NCBI GenBank assembly: GCA_964507275.1
Contig: CAZDPG010000001.1
Coordinates: 188,061-252,060 of the forward strand
Origin: an uncultured Candidatus Saccharibacteria bacterium
Lineage (GTDB): Bacteria; Patescibacteriota; Minisyncoccia; Phycocordibacterales; Phycocordibacteraceae
DNA length: 64,000 nt
Direction of reading: 5' to 3'
In this document: positions 38,359 through 47,914 of the stretch, one piece after another
Layout: every line of letters begins with the position of its first letter
How positions within the stretch are numbered: the stretch's first letter is position 1
The notes under the pieces: generated by a model
Seen by the model: the letters and a program-made list of their open reading frames with translations, nothing else
Databases searched by the model: none
Told to the model about the DNA's origin: nothing
Made by a program: the position numbers and the translations under genes

Positions 38359-39822
38359 TCAAAGAGTCGTCCGAGTCAACACTGGGCCTTCCGGGCCGTC
38401 ATCCACACGATATCCACTGTTCTCAATCTCAGCCCGGATACGGTCTGCCTCCTGGAAATCCTTCGCCTGGCGGGCCGTCTCGCGCTGTGCGAGCATCGTG
38501 CGCACGTTTTCAGGTATGTCCGTGTCTGCGAGTGCGACCGGGAGTGGGGGAGTGATGAGCGAAAGACCCAGATGACCGTCAGCTGCTTCTAGCAACCGCC
38601 ATTTCTCCTCAGGAGTGTACTCTTCGCTCCGGAGCGAATCCCAAAGGACGCCGAGTGCTTGTGGTGTGGCGAGATCGTCGCGCATCGTCGCGAGGAATCG
38701 GTCGCATGCTTCTGACGGTTCGCCTAAGCGTTTTGATTCGTCGGCAATCTCGCTTGAGAGTTTCCAAAGCCGATCAAGTGCACTTGCGGCACCGCCGAGC
38801 GCATCCCATGAGAAGGAGAGGGACGTGCGGTAGTGCGCTTGGAGGAAGAAGTAACGAAGCGCGAGCGGGTGGAATCCTTTTGTGACGATATCAGAGAGAT
38901 ACACTACGTTGCCAATCGATTTCGATATCTTCCCGCCACCCATGGTGAGGTGAGCATTGTGCATCCAGTAATGCACGAATGTCCGTCCGCTTGCCGCTTC
39001 CGACTGAGCAATCTCGTTATTGTGATGGATGGCGACATGTTCCTCTCCGCCGGTATGGATATCGATCTCTTGGCCGAGCAGGGAACGTATCATGGCAGAA
39101 CATTCGATGTGCCAGCCCGGATTGCCACGACCCCACGGGGAATCCCATTGCTGGAGGTCACCACTTTTCGCCGTCCGCCACAACACGAAGTCTGCTGGGT
39201 GCATTTTCCCCTTCACGACGTCGACGCGCGCACCTGCCTCAAGCTGTGCGTGGGCAAGGCCGCCGAGCTTCCCATAACCGAGGAACTTCTGGGTATCGAA
39301 ATAGAGCCCATCGGGAAGATGGTATGCGAATCCCTTTTCCTCAAGCGTGGTAGCAAGCGCTATCTGTTCTTTGATATATTCGGTCGCACGAGGGAAGCTG
39401 ATGTCGGCAACATCGACATTGAGGTCCGCGATGTCATCAAGGAATATTTTTGTATAGCGGGTAGCCACCTCTTCGGGAGAGAGGTGTTCGCGTTTTGCGC
39501 CGATTGCCATCTTGTCTTCGCCCTGGTCGGCGTCATCAACTAGGTGGCCGACATCGGTGATGTTGATGACACGCTTTACTCGGTACTGTGCGGCCATGAG
39601 CGTCCGCGCGAGCGTGTCAGAAAAGACGACCGCGCGCATATTGCCGATATGCTGCTGACTGTAGACTGTCGGGCCGCAGGAGTACATGGAAACGAGACCC
39701 GGCTTGAGCGGTATGAACAGCTCTTTTTCGCCCGAGAGGGTGTTCGTGAAGAATACGTGCGCTGGCCGTTTCTGTTCCGCCCCCGTCTGTCTTTTTAGAA
39801 AACGTGTGAGAAACGACGCCAT
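38359..39822 (-). CDS. cysS: Cysteine--tRNA ligase
   Basis: CGPTVY, HIGN, PGWHIECSAM, KISKS. Confidence 0.96.
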   Translation of the reverse strand: MASFLTRFLKRQTGAEQKRPAHVFFTNTLSGEKELFIPLKPGLVSMYSCGPTVYSQQHIGNMRAVVFSDTLARTLMAAQYRVKRVINITDVGHLVDDADQGEDKMAIGAKREHLSPEEVATRYTKIFLDDIADLNVDVADISFPRATEYIKEQIALATTLEEKGFAYHLPDGLYFDTQKFLGYGKLGGLAHAQLEAGARVDVVKGKMHPADFVLWRTAKSGDLQQWDSPWGRGNPGWHIECSAMIRSLLGQEIDIHTGGEEHVAIHHNNEIAQSEAASGRTFVHYWMHNAHLTMGGGKISKSIGNVVYLSDIVTKGFHPLALRYFFLQAHYRTSLSFSWDALGGAASALDRLWKLSSEIADESKRLGEPSEACDRFLATMRDDLATPQALGVLWDSLRSEEYTPEEKWRLLEAADGHLGLSLITPPLPVALADTDIPENVRTMLAQRETARQAKDFQEADRIRAEIENSGYRVDDGPEGPVLTRTTL

Positions 39823-39858
39823 CCCTCTAAGATACCACGAGTATTCCCGGGGCTTCCA

Positions 39859-40404
39859 CTAGAATGATTTGAAGTGGATGTTTCCGCTCGAATCGGTCAT
39901 CTTGCGATAAAACTCCAATTCCGGATCTACGTTTTTCGAATGGAATATAATCTGGTCCATTCCTTCCCAAAGCAAGAACCATGCTGCCGGTTCCAAGAAG
40001 ACCACGAGGAATGACAAGAACAGGCTCTGCGAAGGGTCTTCAAACATGATAAAGGTGGCGGCAATCATACAAAGGACGCCGAGGACCATCATGCCGCCTC
40101 CGAGTCGTGTCACGTGGCGTTTTTCTTCTGCCAGTAGGCGATAGTGGCGCCCGAAGTGCGAAGCGAGACGCTCTTTGATAGTCGTCTCATGGAACTCGCT
40201 CCGCTTTTCTTCCGCGACGTTCAAGATGAGCTCAATCCCGTTCTCGCCCTTGTCACGAGCGGCGCGCTTGACCTCATCGAGGAAGTCCACTGAGAGGGCG
40301 CGACCTGAATAGGGGCGTATATCGAAGTCCGAAAAGATGTCTTCGTACTTATCAATTTTCAAACTAATTTCAGAAATATCTGCGAGTGAAGGTCGGTGTC
40401 TCAT
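39859..40404 (-). CDS. Hypothetical two-TM membrane protein
   Basis: IFSDFD.RP…R.LS.DF N-domain and two C-terminal TM helices; preceded by TACTAT-N6-ATG. Confidence 0.75.
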   Translation of the reverse strand: MRHRPSLADISEISLKIDKYEDIFSDFDIRPYSGRALSVDFLDEVKRAARDKGENGIELILNVAEEKRSEFHETTIKERLASHFGRHYRLLAEEKRHVTRLGGGMMVLGVLCMIAATFIMFEDPSQSLFLSFLVVFLEPAAWFLLWEGMDQIIFHSKNVDPELEFYRKMTDSSGNIHFKSF

Positions 40405-40463
40405 GCCGCAATAGTACTATCCAGTTTGGGAAAAGTATAGATATGCATGGTATTCTCTAAGAA

Positions 40464-41699
40464 ATGAAAACTACGAGAACAGTCATTTCGCAAGGTGTCT
40501 CGTTCGCGCTTGTTGCGGCGATCGCGTTCATGCTGGGACTCTCCATGGGATCAAGCGGCTCCTCAACTTCGGTCGCCGCGCGCCTTCCGCTACTTGGTGA
40601 TGGACTCGACGCAACGCCGAGCAGGAGTGCCGATCTCGATGACTTCTGGAAGGCGTGGAACGCGCTTGAAGCAAATTATGTCGTCACGCACGCATCATCG
40701 ACACTCCCCACGGTGAAGGAACGGTTATTGGGCGCCATCGGCGGTTTGGCTGATTCGTATGGCGATCCGTATACCGTCTTCTTCCCACCGAAAGAAGCCA
40801 AAGCTTTCGCGGAGAGTATCTCAGGAAGCTTCGCTGGGGTTGGTATGGAAATCGATATAAAGGACGGTGTCCTGACGGTCGTCGCACCTCTCAAGGGGAC
40901 ACCAGCGTATGCTGCAGGCATCAAGGCAGGGGATCAGATAGCGACCATCGACGGCAAGTCCACTGAAGGCGTCTCTGTTGATAAGGCGGTGACCGAAATC
41001 CGGGGACCAGCTGGTACGACCGTAAGTTTCCTGATCATCCGCGACGGTAAGCCACTCAACATAAAAGTTGTTCGCGATACAATCCAAATACCCGAGACAG
41101 ATGACGGACTCGATGAAGCGAGTGGGGTTTATCACATCGCGCTCTATGAGTTCACCTCGAACTCGGGAGACCTCTTCAGACAGGCTTTCGAGCGATTCAA
41201 AGCTTCCGGATCGAAGAAGCTCGTTATCGACCTGCGCGGTAATCCAGGTGGATATCTTGAGGCGGCCGTCGACATCGTGAGTCACTTCCTCCCGAAGGGT
41301 ATGACCGTGGTGACGGAAGACTTCGGTGATAATGAAGCGGATCAAGAGCATACGAGCCTCGGATACGATGATGTCCCGAAGGGTACGAAGGTCGCGGTGC
41401 TCATCGATGGCGGATCGGCATCCGCTTCCGAGATCTTCGCCGGTGCACTCCAGGACAGCGACGTGGCAACCGTCATCGGTACGACATCGTTCGGTAAGGG
41501 GTCGGTACAGACGCTTCTCGATCTCGGTGGGGGCTCGCTCAAGATCACTGTCGCGCGCTGGATAACGCCAGATGGACACTGGATCATGGGTAACGGTGTC
41601 ACGCCGGACATCATCGTGCCGTTTACGCAGGCAGATGCTGTGGCGAAGCGGGATCCGCAGATGGCACGCGCGATTGACTTCCTCGTGAATGGGAAATAA
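40464..41699 (+). CDS. ctpA: Carboxy-terminal processing protease (S41)
   Basis: DPYT, PDZ domain, DLRGNPGG, SASASEI, FGKGSVQ. Confidence 0.93.
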   Translation: MKTTRTVISQGVSFALVAAIAFMLGLSMGSSGSSTSVAARLPLLGDGLDATPSRSADLDDFWKAWNALEANYVVTHASSTLPTVKERLLGAIGGLADSYGDPYTVFFPPKEAKAFAESISGSFAGVGMEIDIKDGVLTVVAPLKGTPAYAAGIKAGDQIATIDGKSTEGVSVDKAVTEIRGPAGTTVSFLIIRDGKPLNIKVVRDTIQIPETDDGLDEASGVYHIALYEFTSNSGDLFRQAFERFKASGSKKLVIDLRGNPGGYLEAAVDIVSHFLPKGMTVVTEDFGDNEADQEHTSLGYDDVPKGTKVAVLIDGGSASASEIFAGALQDSDVATVIGTTSFGKGSVQTLLDLGGGSLKITVARWITPDGHWIMGNGVTPDIIVPFTQADAVAKRDPQMARAIDFLVNGK

Positions 41700-41702
41700 C
41701 GC

Positions 41703-42359
41703 ATGAAGCTGCTGCTCACATCGGGTGGGTTGATGAATGACTCGATTATAGGAGCTCTCAAAGAGCTAGCCGGACGACCTTTTGAGGAATTGAATCTCGC
41801 CTTTATTCCGACAGCAGCGAATATTGAAGAAGGAAATAAAGACTGGCTCATTGCCGATCTGGAAGACTGCAAGAAACTCAGTTTTGCCGAAATCGATATT
41901 GTCGATATATCCGCCCTGCCACAAGCTGTTTGGCAGAAGAGATTAGAAAAGGCAGATATTCTGTTTGTCAGTGGTGGGAATACTTTCCACCTGATGCACT
42001 GGCTGCGCAAATCAGGGCTGAGCGAGGTTCTGCCGGAAATGCTGAAAACGCGAGTATATGTTGGAGTGAGCGCGGGAAGCATGGTGGCGACACCGAGCAT
42101 ACGGTTTGCTAATTCGGAGAAAGCGGCTGCCGAAGAAATTGACGGGGAGGTTGATGATGAAGGACTTGGCCTGGTGAAGTTTCTCGTTGAACCGCATATC
42201 AATAATGCCTACTTTCCAGAGCTGACGTTTGAGTATGTGCGCGAGGAGTCAGCACATACTGCCGTACCGGTTTACGCGCTCGATGATCAGTCGGCCCTGC
42301 AAGTCGTCGACGAGGTGGCAACTGTTATTTCTGAAGGAGCATGGGAGAAATTTAATTAA
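41703..42359 (+). CDS. Peptidase S51 (dipeptidase E family)
   Basis: FIPTA, GGNTF, G.SAG nucleophile elbow, PH. Confidence 0.88.
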   Translation: MKLLLTSGGLMNDSIIGALKELAGRPFEELNLAFIPTAANIEEGNKDWLIADLEDCKKLSFAEIDIVDISALPQAVWQKRLEKADILFVSGGNTFHLMHWLRKSGLSEVLPEMLKTRVYVGVSAGSMVATPSIRFANSEKAAAEEIDGEVDDEGLGLVKFLVEPHINNAYFPELTFEYVREESAHTAVPVYALDDQSALQVVDEVATVISEGAWEKFN

Positions 42360-42360
42360 T

Positions 42361-42627
42361 ATGTCGCATATAGCGCAAGAAGAGTTAGCGAAGCTACTTG
42401 CCGAAGCGGGAAGGGAAGTGGCGGTTGGTGGGCGGTATGTCCACTACAAGGACCCGACAAAGGAATACATCGTGAAGTCGCTTGGCGTGCTCGAAGCGAC
42501 AGACGAAGTCGCGGTGATATATGAGGCTCAGTACGGAGAGAAGGTATCGTTCATCCGTCCGCTTGCGAGCTTCTGCGCGCTCGTCCTTGTCGATGGTGTT
42601 TCTGTACCGCGCTTCAGGAGAGTGTGA
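42361..42627 (+). CDS. DUF1653 domain protein
   Basis: G.Y.HYK…Y…EAT.E..V.Y.A.Y…RP…F…V.RF pattern. Confidence 0.85.
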   Translation: MSHIAQEELAKLLAEAGREVAVGGRYVHYKDPTKEYIVKSLGVLEATDEVAVIYEAQYGEKVSFIRPLASFCALVLVDGVSVPRFRRV

Positions 42628-42630
42628 GAT

Positions 42631-42659
42631 TTGACGAATCTATATTTAACTGCTATAGT
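42631..42659 (+). promoter_or_regulatory. Sigma70 promoter of an orphan cassette
   Basis: TTGACG-N17-TATAGT with an extended TG; SD AAGGAGG at 42715-42721. Confidence 0.7.
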
Positions 42660-42728
42660 GCACCCAGGTCTATCTACGGGAATATCCGTGGATAGTTTGC
42701 ACGTTTCGCCTTCGAAGGAGGACGCCTC

Positions 42729-43157
42729 ATGTTCATTAGCCGTTTTGAGAAGAATCTCTTGGCTTTCAGTCTTTCTTTCCTCACGATCATCGTGGTTAGC
42801 GGACTGATTGTGGAGCATCACTTCCAGAAAGCCATCACGACTCATCTTGCGTCGGGGAATTTCGCCCTGGTCGAAAAGATTCTCAGCGACAAAGAAGGCC
42901 GCGCGTTTTGTGAAGGTCTAAATTGGCGCATGGAGGTCCGTGCCCAGTTGGCACGGGAACATAACGCCATCGCCCGACTCTACAACGCCGCCGCCTTACG
43001 TCAGCCGTCTATCAATCGTCCGCTCCTCGTGCCAATGCTGGAGGAACATCGGACGGTTTCCAGCGAGGCCATTAACGGTTTGATCTTCATCGCTCATATC
43101 AACCCCTGGCAGGAATGTGCGAGCCGATACAAGATTTTCCACTATCCGTTTCGTTGA
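42729..43157 (+). CDS. Orphan membrane-anchored protein
   Basis: Strong SD, N-terminal TM helix, and its own promoter and terminator. Confidence 0.65.
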   Translation: MFISRFEKNLLAFSLSFLTIIVVSGLIVEHHFQKAITTHLASGNFALVEKILSDKEGRAFCEGLNWRMEVRAQLAREHNAIARLYNAAALRQPSINRPLLVPMLEEHRTVSSEAINGLIFIAHINPWQECASRYKIFHYPFR

Positions 43158-43161
43158 ATAT

Positions 43162-43211
43162 CGCCTCATCAAAGGTTCTCTCAGGAGATTCCTTCGGTGG
43201 GGCGGTTTTTT
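43162..43211 (+). terminator. Long-stem intrinsic terminator
   Basis: CGCCTCATC-AAAGG-TTCTC / GAGA-TTCCTT-CGGTGGGGCG followed by a T run. Confidence 0.65.
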
Positions 43212-43246
43212 GACTATCACTGCCGGATACGGTAAGCTGGGGCTAT

Positions 43247-43696
43247 ATGAAAGTTATATTGATCAAGGACGTGAAGGGTATGGGGCGTGCGCACGATGAA
43301 GTCGTAACCGCTGACGGGTACGCTCTTAATTACCTCATCCCGCAGCGATACGCGATAGCGGCGACCCCGGTCGCCCGCAAAGAGGCGGAGACGCGCCGCA
43401 AACAGGTCGTGGACCGTTCGGCACTCGACACCGCACTCCTTGAGCAGAACATCGCTTCGCTCGCCGATGCTCGCATCGTGATCAAGATGAAGGCAAATGA
43501 GAAAGGTCACCTGTATGACGCCGTCGGCGAGCCGGAAATCATGAGTGCAGCGAAGGAGCAGGCACATATTGATCTGGCAGAGGGAGTGATCAGACTCGAG
43601 AAGCCGATTAAGGAGCTCGGTACGTTCGACGTCCCGGTCGCATTCGGAGATACGTTCGGCAAGTTCTCCATCACGATCGAAGCGGAGGCAGAATGA
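43247..43696 (+). CDS. rplI: 50S ribosomal protein L9
   Basis: MKVIL.KDV..G, GYA.NYLIP, PIK.LG. Confidence 0.96.
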   Translation: MKVILIKDVKGMGRAHDEVVTADGYALNYLIPQRYAIAATPVARKEAETRRKQVVDRSALDTALLEQNIASLADARIVIKMKANEKGHLYDAVGEPEIMSAAKEQAHIDLAEGVIRLEKPIKELGTFDVPVAFGDTFGKFSITIEAEAE

Positions 43697-44208
43697 CCCT
43701 CGAAGAGGCTCTCGCAGGAAAAGAGATTCCGAAGGACATCAGCGATACGCTCACGCTTATCGCTGTTCCGTTTCTATCCTTCGACGGCGAAGTGTGCGAA
43801 GGCGAGCTTGTCGTGCATGCTGATCTCGCCGAGGAAACGAAAGAGATTTTCAACACATTATTTGAGAAGCGATTCCTAATTGAGCGAATGGTCCCGGTCG
43901 TTATGTATGGGTGGGATGATGATGCTTCGATGGCAGCGAACAATTCTTCCGCTTTCAATTACCGGTTCATCGCAGGTACGGACCGTCTCTCGAATCATTC
44001 TTTTGGGCGCGCGATAGACATCAACCCTTTTCAGAATCCGTATACGCAGCGCGATGGCAAGGTAGTTCCAGAGGGTGCGCAGTATGATCCCTCACAGCCA
44101 GGAACGGTGACGGAAGATATTGCTGCCGTCTTCAAGTCTCATGGCTGGCAGTGGGGAGGTGATTGGCAGGATCGGAAAGACTGGCAGCATTTCGAGAAGC
44201 CGAACTAA
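43693..44208 (+). CDS. M15 family D,D/L,D-peptidase
   Basis: NNSSAFNYR, S.HS.G.AIDINP, WGG.W…D.QHFE. Confidence 0.9.
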   Translation: MTLEEALAGKEIPKDISDTLTLIAVPFLSFDGEVCEGELVVHADLAEETKEIFNTLFEKRFLIERMVPVVMYGWDDDASMAANNSSAFNYRFIAGTDRLSNHSFGRAIDINPFQNPYTQRDGKVVPEGAQYDPSQPGTVTEDIAAVFKSHGWQWGGDWQDRKDWQHFEKPN

Positions 44209-44244
44209 AACAAGAAAGAGCGCCGTGGGCGCTCTTTCTTGTTT
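44208..44244. terminator. Bidirectional terminator
   Basis: Perfect 17-bp inverted repeat AAACAAGAAAGAGCGCC-GTG-GGCGCTCTTTCTTGTTT. Confidence 0.85.
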
Positions 44245-44260
44245 ATCAAACTGAGTTGGT

Positions 44261-44533
44261 TTAAATGACGTCGACGACTTTCTTGGTCATCTGGTGACCG
44301 GTGAAGCTGATCTTTCGGCGTGTTCGGAAAGAGACCTTGCCGTTGGCAACAGCGAAGAGTGTGTGGTCTTTGCCGACCTTCACATTCTTTCCTGCCTCAA
44401 TCTTCGTACCGCGCTGGCGGACGATGATAGCGCCTGGCTTCGCTACTGAGCCGTCAGAAAGCTTCACCCCGAGATATTGTGGGTTTGAATCGGTTAGGTT
44501 TTTCGCTGAACCTCCAGCCTTTGTTGATGCCAT
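44261..44533 (-). CDS. rpmA: 50S ribosomal protein L27
   Basis: MASTKAGGS, LGVK, IIVRQRGT, GKDHTLFA. Confidence 0.97.
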   Translation of the reverse strand: MASTKAGGSAKNLTDSNPQYLGVKLSDGSVAKPGAIIVRQRGTKIEAGKNVKVGKDHTLFAVANGKVSFRTRRKISFTGHQMTKKVVDVI

Positions 44534-44563
44534 ACGGGAATCCTATTGGTATAGTGTTATCTG

Positions 44564-44911
44564 ATGACTATAGCAGAAGCTCGGGAAAAATGCAAAAATG
44601 CCCTTACCCTGATTCCGCGGGATGTGCTCATAATAACCATCATTTTCCTCGCTTCTTCAGCGAGCTTCGGGCTTGGATTACTTGCCGGGCTCGATATGGG
44701 GCAGGGGAGGGGTCTCGTCGTTGAAGAGGAAAGCGTTCCTCCTGCGGCTACGTCTGGACAGGTCGTGGCATCGAAAAACGGGACAAAATATTACCTGCCT
44801 AACTGTGTCGGCGCAGAGCGAATATCTGATGCTAATAAAGTGTGGTTCGCGTCGATCGCTGCTGCAGCAAAGGCAGGATATGCGCCCGCAGCGAATTGCA
44901 AAGGACTCTAG
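44564..44911 (+). CDS. Membrane-anchored protein with Ada metal-binding-like C-terminal domain
   Basis: TM helix followed by VASKNGTKYY.P.C…I…NK.WF.S…A..AGY.P…C. Confidence 0.75.
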   Translation: MTIAEAREKCKNALTLIPRDVLIITIIFLASSASFGLGLLAGLDMGQGRGLVVEEESVPPAATSGQVVASKNGTKYYLPNCVGAERISDANKVWFASIAAAAKAGYAPAANCKGL

Positions 44912-44931
44912 TCTGTTACAATGAAGAAAAT

Positions 44932-45657
44932 ATGAGCACTCCAAACGAGTCAACAACCGCGCGTCTCGCACAAGCAGTTCACGAAGGGCAGCGCACGATG
45001 CCCGAAGATCGTCCGCCTCTTGTCTGCAAACCGAGCAAGATAGAGTCATGGCGCATTTTCAAGATCATGCTGGAGTTCGTCGAAGGATTCGACGTCATCC
45101 GTCGCTACGATCTTGCCGTGACTTTTTTCGGTAGCTCTCGCACGTCGCCGGACGATGAGATTTTCAATCAAGCAACCGAGCTCGCCGGCCGATTGGCGAA
45201 GAAAGGCTTCGCGGTTATCACCGGGGGTAGCTCCGGCATCATGCAAGCGGCAAACAAGGGCGCCTTTGATGCAGGTGGTGCATCGGTCGGGCTCAATATC
45301 AACCTCTCGGAGGCACAGGGATACAATCAGTATCTTACCGATCGATTCGTCTTCGACCATTTCTTCGTGCGGAAGGTGATGCTCACGTATGCTTCTGAGG
45401 TCTACGTCTATTTCCCAGGCGGTTTCGGCACGCTCGATGAGTTCTTCGAAATCGTCACGCTCGTGCAGACGAAAAAAATCCGCAAGGTTCCGATAATCCT
45501 TTTCGGGAAGAAGTACTGGGAGCCACTCCTAGGCGTCATTAGCACGACATTGTGTCAGGAATTCTCTTACATCGATAAAGAAGATATGGATCTCTTCACG
45601 CTGGTAGATTCGGTCGACGAGGCGTACGACCATATCTGCGCAAACGTCACCTGCTAA
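44932..45657 (+). CDS. LOG family (TIGR00730-type) nucleotide phosphoribohydrolase
   Basis: FGSSR, TGG..GIM.A, FF.RK, PGGFGTLDE. Confidence 0.92.
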   Translation: MSTPNESTTARLAQAVHEGQRTMPEDRPPLVCKPSKIESWRIFKIMLEFVEGFDVIRRYDLAVTFFGSSRTSPDDEIFNQATELAGRLAKKGFAVITGGSSGIMQAANKGAFDAGGASVGLNINLSEAQGYNQYLTDRFVFDHFFVRKVMLTYASEVYVYFPGGFGTLDEFFEIVTLVQTKKIRKVPIILFGKKYWEPLLGVISTTLCQEFSYIDKEDMDLFTLVDSVDEAYDHICANVTC

Positions 45658-45744
45658 GGGTTTCTTCAGGGAGGGGAAGAGACCCTCTTGGTTATTTACT
45701 TGATGTGCGCACAATATATCTTTTGCGTAAATACGTAGTATCTC

Positions 45745-45927
45745 CTATACCCCCACAGTAAGACTCAGGACGAAACTAGTGAGCCACTGCCAGAAAGAAG
45801 TGGCGACGGTGAGGAGATACTGGATATTCGCTTGCCCCGCAGGAGACTCAATAATCGCTTGTATAGAAATACCGAAAAAGGATAGTGCCAATATGAAGAC
45901 GAATGTCCAGAAGGCGGTTCTGATCAT
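45745..45927 (-). CDS. Small membrane protein
   Basis: 60-aa ORF (MIRTAFW…LSFFGISI…SPAGQAN) with TATAAT upstream. Confidence 0.6.
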   Translation of the reverse strand: MIRTAFWTFVFILALSFFGISIQAIIESPAGQANIQYLLTVATSFWQWLTSFVLSLTVGV

Positions 45928-45972
45928 GATAGACACATTATACAATAAGAATCCTGATGATATTATCTCGGC

Positions 45973-46596
45973 ATGACGAGAAAGGTTGCGTTGGAGCATT
46001 TTAAGCAGATTGACCCTCACTTCTACAAAGCTACCCTATCACTTCATGCAGCGCTGCCCGATCTGCTCGTGGCGAAGCGTACGAGAGCACAACTATTTGA
46101 ATCGCTCGTATCCATCGTCGTATCACAGCAACTCGGAACAGCGGCTGCTAATACTATCTTCGCTCGGGTGAAAAAGGCTTGTGATGGACGCCTCACTTCC
46201 CTATCCGTACGTAAAGTAAAATCAGAGAGGCTTCGTACAGCTGGCCTCTCTGATGCGAAAACGAAAACATTGAAAGCGATAGCGACGTCGATTGAGGGTG
46301 GTTCACTTGATTTGCTCGCATTAAAGAAAGTATCTGAAGCAGAAGCCGCAAAGATTCTTATGGGCATATGGGGGCTCGGTCCATGGTCGGTCGAGATGTT
46401 CATGATGTTCGCGCTCGGACGTGCTGACGTCTTTTCGACTGGCGACCTTGGTATCATCCGCGCGATGGAGACTCTGTACAATCTGCCCAAAGGGACATCG
46501 CGAGAGACTCTCAATGCCATTGCAGAGAAATGGTCGCCACATCGCACCTACGCATGCTTACTTCTCTGGCGCACTAGAGATACGAAAGCGGATTGA
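45973..46596 (+). CDS. alkA: DNA-3-methyladenine glycosylase II (AlkA, HhH-GPD family)
   Basis: IVSQQL, GLS..K, G.GPWS..M, D.G, W.P.R.YA..LW. Confidence 0.88.
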   Translation: MTRKVALEHFKQIDPHFYKATLSLHAALPDLLVAKRTRAQLFESLVSIVVSQQLGTAAANTIFARVKKACDGRLTSLSVRKVKSERLRTAGLSDAKTKTLKAIATSIEGGSLDLLALKKVSEAEAAKILMGIWGLGPWSVEMFMMFALGRADVFSTGDLGIIRAMETLYNLPKGTSRETLNAIAEKWSPHRTYACLLLWRTRDTKAD

Positions 46597-47914
46597 GATA
46601 TGCCGTGAGAGTTGCCACCGGCATCGTGGCATCAGCGCAACCGATCTTCGCGCCGCGGAATTGGCGGAGCGTCATGATCTGTGTACCTTCGGTCGCATAA
46701 ACACCGAAATGCAGGTGCGGTCCAGTCGCGTATCCGGTCATACCGGATAACCCGATTGTCTGCCCAGTTTCCACGGTTTGTCCTTTTGAGACGTCAATGG
46801 TTGAAAGATGCGCATACAATGTGTTGATGCCATTGCTGTGCAGGAGCATCACCCATTTCCCATAGGAGTAGCATCCTCGCACGAGATCGGTGTTGCCGGT
46901 AGCGAGCACAACGCCCGAGAGGGCTGCTTTGATTGGCGTGCCGATAGGTGCAGCGATGTCGACGCCTGGGTGGCCACCGTTGTTGTATACCTGCGGATTC
47001 TTCGTTGAGAACGGCGTGTTGCCGAAATATTGCGAGATACAGAAGAGGTTGCCATTCAATTTCTTGCGCTGTGAACAATTGAACATGAAAGCAGTGCTGA
47101 AAGGCCACGAAAGGACGCCCGAGCCGACTTTCGGGAGAAGGTTTGAGTGCACGACGAGATTCAATTGCCCCTGGAGGTCGACAAGTTCCTGCTCGAACTC
47201 TTTTTCAGCCGCTCGTTTCTGCGCTATGAGTTTCTGGTAACTCGTCTCCTGATTCTTTGTTTGTGCCAAGAGCTGCTGCTGCGCGGTTTTGCTTGCATCG
47301 ACGGAACGTTTCTGGAGCGTGAGTTCTTTTTGCAGCGAGACGAGACTCTCTTTCGTTTTCGTCACTTCGTCGCGATCAGCACCGAGTGCTTCACGTACGG
47401 TGCGCAGCTCTTCAATCTCATCATTGAGAGCTTTATTGAACTGTATCGCCTGATCGGTCTCCCGCCACGCATCGCCGAGAGAGTCAGTAGAGATTATTTT
47501 TGTGACGAGCGATGCCTGTTCGCTCTCGGCAATACGACGCAGTTCTTTTCCGATGACTCTTTGGTTCGCTGCGATAGAAGCCTCTTTATCAGTGATGGAT
47601 GAAGAGAGTTGGCGTATGCGAAGATTCGCGGATGCAATCTTGTTCTGTGTCACTTTGATCTGCGCCGCAAGCTGTTTCTGCGAGAGCGTGAGCGAACTGA
47701 TCGTGGACTGCAGCGTATTCTTCTTCGCGCCGAGCACGTCGAGTTCTTTCTGGAACGCCGCAATTTCCGCTTCGAGCGCGTCAATCTGCTGCTTATTCGC
47801 GTCAATCTTCGACTGTATGTCAGACGTAGAATCGGCAAACGCGTAACTTGGATTGCCGAGAACGCATCCTACAAAAAAAAGAATGAAAAGAACGAACGAC
47901 CCGAAATGCTTCAT
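46574..47914 (-). CDS. Coiled-coil M23 peptidase (murein hydrolase/activator)
   Basis: Signal peptide, long coiled coil, H.GVD, YAHL, TGPHLHF. Confidence 0.9.
   Translation of the reverse strand: MKHFGSFVLFILFFVGCVLGNPSYAFADSTSDIQSKIDANKQQIDALEAEIAAFQKELDVLGAKKNTLQSTISSLTLSQKQLAAQIKVTQNKIASANLRIRQLSSSITDKEASIAANQRVIGKELRRIAESEQASLVTKIISTDSLGDAWRETDQAIQFNKALNDEIEELRTVREALGADRDEVTKTKESLVSLQKELTLQKRSVDASKTAQQQLLAQTKNQETSYQKLIAQKRAAEKEFEQELVDLQGQLNLVVHSNLLPKVGSGVLSWPFSTAFMFNCSQRKKLNGNLFCISQYFGNTPFSTKNPQVYNNGGHPGVDIAAPIGTPIKAALSGVVLATGNTDLVRGCYSYGKWVMLLHSNGINTLYAHLSTIDVSKGQTVETGQTIGLSGMTGYATGPHLHFGVYATEGTQIMTLRQFRGAKIGCADATMPVATLTAYLNPLSYL

Noticed and set aside
44564-46596. Ada-like domain near alkA suggesting an adaptive-response regulon
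   Set aside because: The Ada-like protein is membrane-anchored, has only two Cys in the domain and no AraC or methyltransferase part, so the proximity is probably incidental.
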